This document shows, piece after piece, positions 16,381 to 20,000 of a stretch of 20,000 nt of DNA. How positions within the stretch are numbered: the stretch's first letter is position 1; each line of letters begins with the position of its first letter. The translations under genes and the position numbers were made by a program. Source of the stretch: an uncultured virus (IMG/VR IMGVR_UViG_3300046530_000052). Its lineage: Duplodnaviria > Heunggongvirae > Uroviricota > Caudoviricetes. The DNA is taken from positions 106,006 through 126,005 of IMG/VR virus record IMGVR_UViG_3300046530_000052; one strand, written 5' to 3'. Under the pieces are notes generated by a model. It saw only the letters and a program-made list of their open reading frames with translations, searched no databases and was not told the DNA's origin.

Positions 16381-18423
16381 ATGGAAATGAGTGAAGGTAA
16401 AAACATTGTTTTGGTAGCCACTGGTTACAGTCGCCGTGAGCTTTCTGAAATTAAGGATAAAATCGGCAGATGTGTAATCCTCAGCTCGATTGGGGATGGT
16501 CCTATCATTGGGACGATGGAAAAACTCCTACAAGAAGGTTATCAAGTAGTTTCTACGGAAACTATCGAGCCTAGTGGGGATAAGAATAAATTAGTAGTAG
16601 CTGAAGATCTGGATCGCATGATCCTTCGAGAACAACTGAAAGCACTCGGCATCGAGATTGAAGTAGTTGTTGATTCAGATTCAGTCAGCTCTATGGTCAA
16701 TGGCTTGCTCGCCCTTCCTTCTACTCATGAGGAGATGAAGAAGATCCTTGGTCATACTCCTTACGAGGGTAATTACGAAAGGGACTGTCACCAGCTTCTT
16801 GGTCAAATCAAAGAGGCTTTCCGTCTGTTCATGATGCGGCATCCAAAGAACGAAGCCCTTCGTGACCTTACTATCGGTCGTCTGGGCAAGGAACTGACTG
16901 AACGTGCTCCTAGCTCCGATGTCAAAGACTCTGCAAAAGAAGCTTCTGTCACAGTCACCGTCGGCGAGGGTGTCAAGAGTGAGGACCTTCTGTTCGAAAT
17001 CTTGAAAGAAGTAAAGGGCTTTCGTGAATCGGTTCAGTCGCCTTCTGCTGACGATCGTCGTAACCACGCAATCAGAGAGTTCCTGTCGACTTCCCAGTTG
17101 TCGGTAGAAGCAATCGTCAACGGACTGCGCGCCATTGAGGCCGGGACCACAGAGCAAGCTGGTTCCGATCACTATACCAGAGCTCTCGCAAAGGAACGGA
17201 TCACCAAGGCTATCAACGGTGGACTGAAACACGTCGGTAATGGGAAGAACTTTATCGAGGCTCTAGCCGATGCTTTGCTGGGGGACGAAAAGCAGGAAAC
17301 TCGTACGCCTACTACCAAGGAAGAGTTTGTCAGTCTGTTAACCGAAGCGGTAGGTGATGTCGGGGCTGCTCGAGTACTTCCTCCGATCTCCTTGGATCGC
17401 ATGACCGCCAACACTCGTGAGCAGGTTGTCAAACTGTTGAACCCGACCTTTTCTGCGGTGTTCCATGGTCACTATAACGCACATATCCAGACTTTCAGCA
17501 CGGAGCAGATCTTTAAGGCCCTCGTTGAAGCATTGGACGGAGATGATAGTGTTGTCAACTTCTACGGGCTGAATACACTCGGGGTTAGCGATAAAGCAAC
17601 ATTGCGTCATGAACTTTCCCGGGCGCTCGGTATCCATCGGGCTAAAGTGGTCGGTAGTAACAAGCAAAGTTTCTTGGAGGGTCTGATTAACGCTCTGCAA
17701 GAGGATAAGGTAATCGATAGTCACATCGTAGTGAACGGTCTCGGTAACCTGACCGAAGCAGACGGTGTTGAGCTGGTGAATATCCTCAAGCAAGGTCTTG
17801 GTGACTCGGTGTTCGTTGGTCATCAAACCAGAACCGAGAATATCCTCAGGAAGTTACTTGAGGCGGTTTCCGGTGACGAGATCAATCAGGTAACACTCCA
17901 TGATCTGAAATACATTGACAGTCGTGCCAAGCGCAATCTGTGCGCCGCTCTTAAAGTTGGACTAACCAAGTTCGAAGAACTCGAGCAACGGGATAAGAAC
18001 TTCGCTATTAACGGAGCTGAGACTGAAAAGAAACCTAACGTGAACCTTACTCTGGGTAAACTCGTTCACGAATGGAAACAGGCTGCCGCTGAAAAGGGTA
18101 TTGAAATCAATGAAATGGAGTTGCTCAATCATCTCCTCCAACAAGTCATTGCCCAACATTCCCCTATGTACCGACTGGAAGGTGGTAAGTGGGTTGAGCG
18201 TGTCGTTCCCTTGGCTCGTCCTCTTGACTGGTCTGTAGTTACCCAAAACATACCTGAGCAGGTAACCACTGCTATTGTTTTCGGTAATCACACGTTCGAT
18301 TGTACTAAACGTGAAGACGGTAGTGTTAAGGTTACTACTAACCATGGGGATAATAAATCGAGCAACCTTATCATCACCAAAGATGGTTCGGTTAAGTTCG
18401 AAGATCCTGGCTATCTGGGATAG
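16381..18423 (+). CDS. Large hypothetical accessory protein with degenerate internal repeats
   Basis: 680 aa from ATG 16381 (AAAGGGA upstream; ATG 16387 is an alternative; the track start at 16300 abuts the promoter motif and gives an AT-rich, leader-like extension). Weaker codon bias than the structural genes. Confidence 0.75.
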   Translation: MEMSEGKNIVLVATGYSRRELSEIKDKIGRCVILSSIGDGPIIGTMEKLLQEGYQVVSTETIEPSGDKNKLVVAEDLDRMILREQLKALGIEIEVVVDSDSVSSMVNGLLALPSTHEEMKKILGHTPYEGNYERDCHQLLGQIKEAFRLFMMRHPKNEALRDLTIGRLGKELTERAPSSDVKDSAKEASVTVTVGEGVKSEDLLFEILKEVKGFRESVQSPSADDRRNHAIREFLSTSQLSVEAIVNGLRAIEAGTTEQAGSDHYTRALAKERITKAINGGLKHVGNGKNFIEALADALLGDEKQETRTPTTKEEFVSLLTEAVGDVGAARVLPPISLDRMTANTREQVVKLLNPTFSAVFHGHYNAHIQTFSTEQIFKALVEALDGDDSVVNFYGLNTLGVSDKATLRHELSRALGIHRAKVVGSNKQSFLEGLINALQEDKVIDSHIVVNGLGNLTEADGVELVNILKQGLGDSVFVGHQTRTENILRKLLEAVSGDEINQVTLHDLKYIDSRAKRNLCAALKVGLTKFEELEQRDKNFAINGAETEKKPNVNLTLGKLVHEWKQAAAEKGIEINEMELLNHLLQQVIAQHSPMYRLEGGKWVERVVPLARPLDWSVVTQNIPEQVTTAIVFGNHTFDCTKREDGSVKVTTNHGDNKSSNLIITKDGSVKFEDPGYLG

Positions 18424-18478
18424 TAGTGAATTAAGTAATTAATTACTACACGCACTATAGTAGTACCCCACCACGTAA

Positions 18479-18510
18479 ACCTCTCCTCAGCCTTAAGGCT
18501 GAGGAGAGGT
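18479..18510. terminator. Perfect 32-bp palindrome / terminator-like hairpin
   Basis: ACCTCTCCTCAGCCTT|AAGGCTGAGGAGAGGT, 55 nt after the stop codon; no canonical U-tract. Confidence 0.65.
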
Positions 18511-18543
18511 AACCACTATCTATGCAATTTAAGTTATGCCTTC

Positions 18544-18564
18544 TTTTAAACCTATATCATCAGG
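18544..18564 (+). promoter_or_regulatory. Putative phage promoter motif, copy 2
   Basis: TTTTAAACCTATATCATCAGG, 17/21 identical to 16279-16299, 37 nt before ATG 18602. Confidence 0.6.
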
Positions 18565-18601
18565 GTAGTCAATCATTCGATTAATGTACCGGAGTACCGT
18601 T

Positions 18602-19147
18602 ATGGAACTTGTTAATTGCACCCTTGAACAACTTACCGACTTGGTTGGTAATACCGGTATTACCCGTCTCCACCGTATGGGGATTGAGTATCCGGGTGAA
18701 GTATTGAACATCATCTTCGCTGAGACAGGTGATTTCCCGATCATCGATCAATACCCAGCTCAAGCTTTTGTATCTCGCATCAATATGGATACAAGAGAAA
18801 TTAGCTACGATAAGAAAGATCCGTTGGCAATCGTTTTCTACCCAGCGATCATGAAAGAACAGCACACAGGGTTTCCAGTAGGCGAGACATTCCTTAACAT
18901 CGGTACGCTCTTGCATGAGCTGACACACGTTAAGCAAGTGTTCTCTGGTCGTCTGGAATCCTTGGGTTGGCTTAAGATGAACTGGGAGGGCGTATATCAC
19001 GAGATCGAGATGAACGGCTACCTTGCCTACCCTTGGGAGAAAGAAGCCTGTATGGAGCAGCTGGAGTGGATTACCCGGGGTAATACCATCATGGCCGAAC
19101 TGCACTATAACGGTCTGGTGGAAGCTTCCAAGCAAATCAAACCATAA
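18602..19147 (+). CDS. Putative zinc metallopeptidase (HExxH zincin-like)
   Basis: 181 aa from ATG 18602 with GGAG SD at 18591. TLLHELTHVKQ plus downstream YLAYPWEKEA, which supplies a likely third Glu ligand. Confidence 0.75.
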   Translation: MELVNCTLEQLTDLVGNTGITRLHRMGIEYPGEVLNIIFAETGDFPIIDQYPAQAFVSRINMDTREISYDKKDPLAIVFYPAIMKEQHTGFPVGETFLNIGTLLHELTHVKQVFSGRLESLGWLKMNWEGVYHEIEMNGYLAYPWEKEACMEQLEWITRGNTIMAELHYNGLVEASKQIKP

Positions 19148-19157
19148 GCATACATAG

Positions 19158-19209
19158 GTACCCTACCAGCCTCTGAGGCTGGTAGGGTACTAATCTATGT
19201 TTTTTTTTT
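19158..19209. terminator. Terminator between convergent genes, probably bidirectional
   Basis: 15-bp stem GTACCCTACCAGCCT-CTG-AGGCTGGTAGGGTAC (19158-19190), T10 run at 19200-19209, located between the stops at 19147 (+) and 19214 (-). Confidence 0.8.
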
Positions 19210-19213
19210 CGTC

Positions 19214-20000
19214 TTACATCATGTCGTCAGCGTTTTCCAAACCTTTGTTGGTGATCTTCTGTTGCAGGCTTCGTCTGAACATTGGTTTACCCATGATGTC
19301 ATGGAGCAATCCGAACTTAGGGTCCAACCGGTAGAAGAAGAAACGATCGGGCGGAGGAGCGCCTTCACCTCGCATCTTCCCTAGCATGCAGCACCAGTAA
19401 CTCGCTTGCTGACCACGAGCCACATGGATGCCCAGCACACAGTCTACTTCGTTAGTGATCTTGGTCGACGTCTCTGTCATCGACTGACCAGCAGTTTCCC
19501 GAATGAAGTAAACCTCACTCTCATCGTCCATCTCTTTCAGCGATCGTTTCGCATCAGGGTTGAGCTGGTGAGGAGTGATGAAACAAATACCACGGTTGAT
19601 CATGAACGAACGAACACGACGGTACAGTAGTTGCAACTTGTCAGACTTACTGTCGCCCGGGATCTTGTCGTAGTTCATCAGAGCGAGGTAGTCGTAACCG
19701 TAGAGGATGATCTCGTGACCACGTAGCTCCAGAGTACGAACCCGATCCATCAAACGGTTCATGTCTTCTTTGTTGGACTCGATCTGGTTAATGACCAAGA
19801 ACCAACCGTTCTCTTTAAAAGACTTAGCAATTTCATCAGCAATCGAAATGGCATCGTCATTCAAGAAGTTAGCGTCGTTATCCAACGACGCAGCACAACT
19901 CAACTTGTACATCCGCTCGAGTACCAAGCCCATCGTGTCTTCCGATGAGTCGAAGCAGATAGTCGGGATCTTGGAAGGATCGCGCAAGAAAGGAGTGTTG
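19214..20000 (-). CDS. DnaB-like (SF4) replicative helicase, C-terminal part; phiKZ gp118-like; continues beyond the right edge
   Basis: Frame is open to position 20000 (NTPFLRDPSKIPT...). SF4 motifs: ICFDSSED (H1a), IILYGYDYL (Walker B), FITPHQL (H3), ITNEVD (H4), GKMRG (arginine finger). Walker A lies outside the window. Confidence 0.85.
   Translation of the reverse strand, partial: NTPFLRDPSKIPTICFDSSEDTMGLVLERMYKLSCAASLDNDANFLNDDAISIADEIAKSFKENGWFLVINQIESNKEDMNRLMDRVRTLELRGHEIILYGYDYLALMNYDKIPGDSKSDKLQLLYRRVRSFMINRGICFITPHQLNPDAKRSLKEMDDESEVYFIRETAGQSMTETSTKITNEVDCVLGIHVARGQQASYWCCMLGKMRGEGAPPPDRFFFYRLDPKFGLLHDIMGKPMFRRSLQQKITNKGLENADDMM

Noticed and set aside
16222..19190. Recurrent hairpins as a CRISPR array, IS ends or integron attC sites
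   Set aside because: Outer stems differ, spacing is gene-sized, and there is no cas, transposase or integrase gene, nor clear attC R-boxes, in the window.
19214..19987. Helicase as a truncated 257-aa protein or pseudogene
   Set aside because: The frame stays open to the window edge, so the missing Walker A and N-terminus lie outside the window.
1..20000. Stop-codon reassignment, introns or inteins
   Set aside because: Genes tile densely in the standard code with TAA, TAG and TGA all used as stops; no split genes or intein motifs were seen.

Overview
This window is almost certainly part of the conserved virion-morphogenesis block of a phiKZ-like (nucleus-forming, Chimalliviridae-type) jumbo phage; the assignment rests on recalled motifs and gene order, not on a database search. 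Two minus-strand tail/baseplate genes (1-1194) diverge from a tightly packed plus-strand run (1226-16141) of inner-head/ejection proteins, small structural proteins, probable neck proteins and a probable baseplate hub. Two accessory genes follow (a 680-aa repeat protein and an HExxH metallopeptidase), then the 3' part of a convergent DnaB-like helicase. Main observations: (i) a recurrent G-x-E motif in six head proteins that looks like a variant prohead-protease cleavage code, with an amphipathic helix after the last site in five of them; (ii) a repeated intergenic module (AGCC-loop-GGCT hairpin, CTATGC, exactly 18 nt, shared 21-mer) in front of both accessory genes; (iii) twin perfect palindromes ahead of the most codon-biased head gene. 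No RNA genes, CRISPR arrays or mobile elements were seen.
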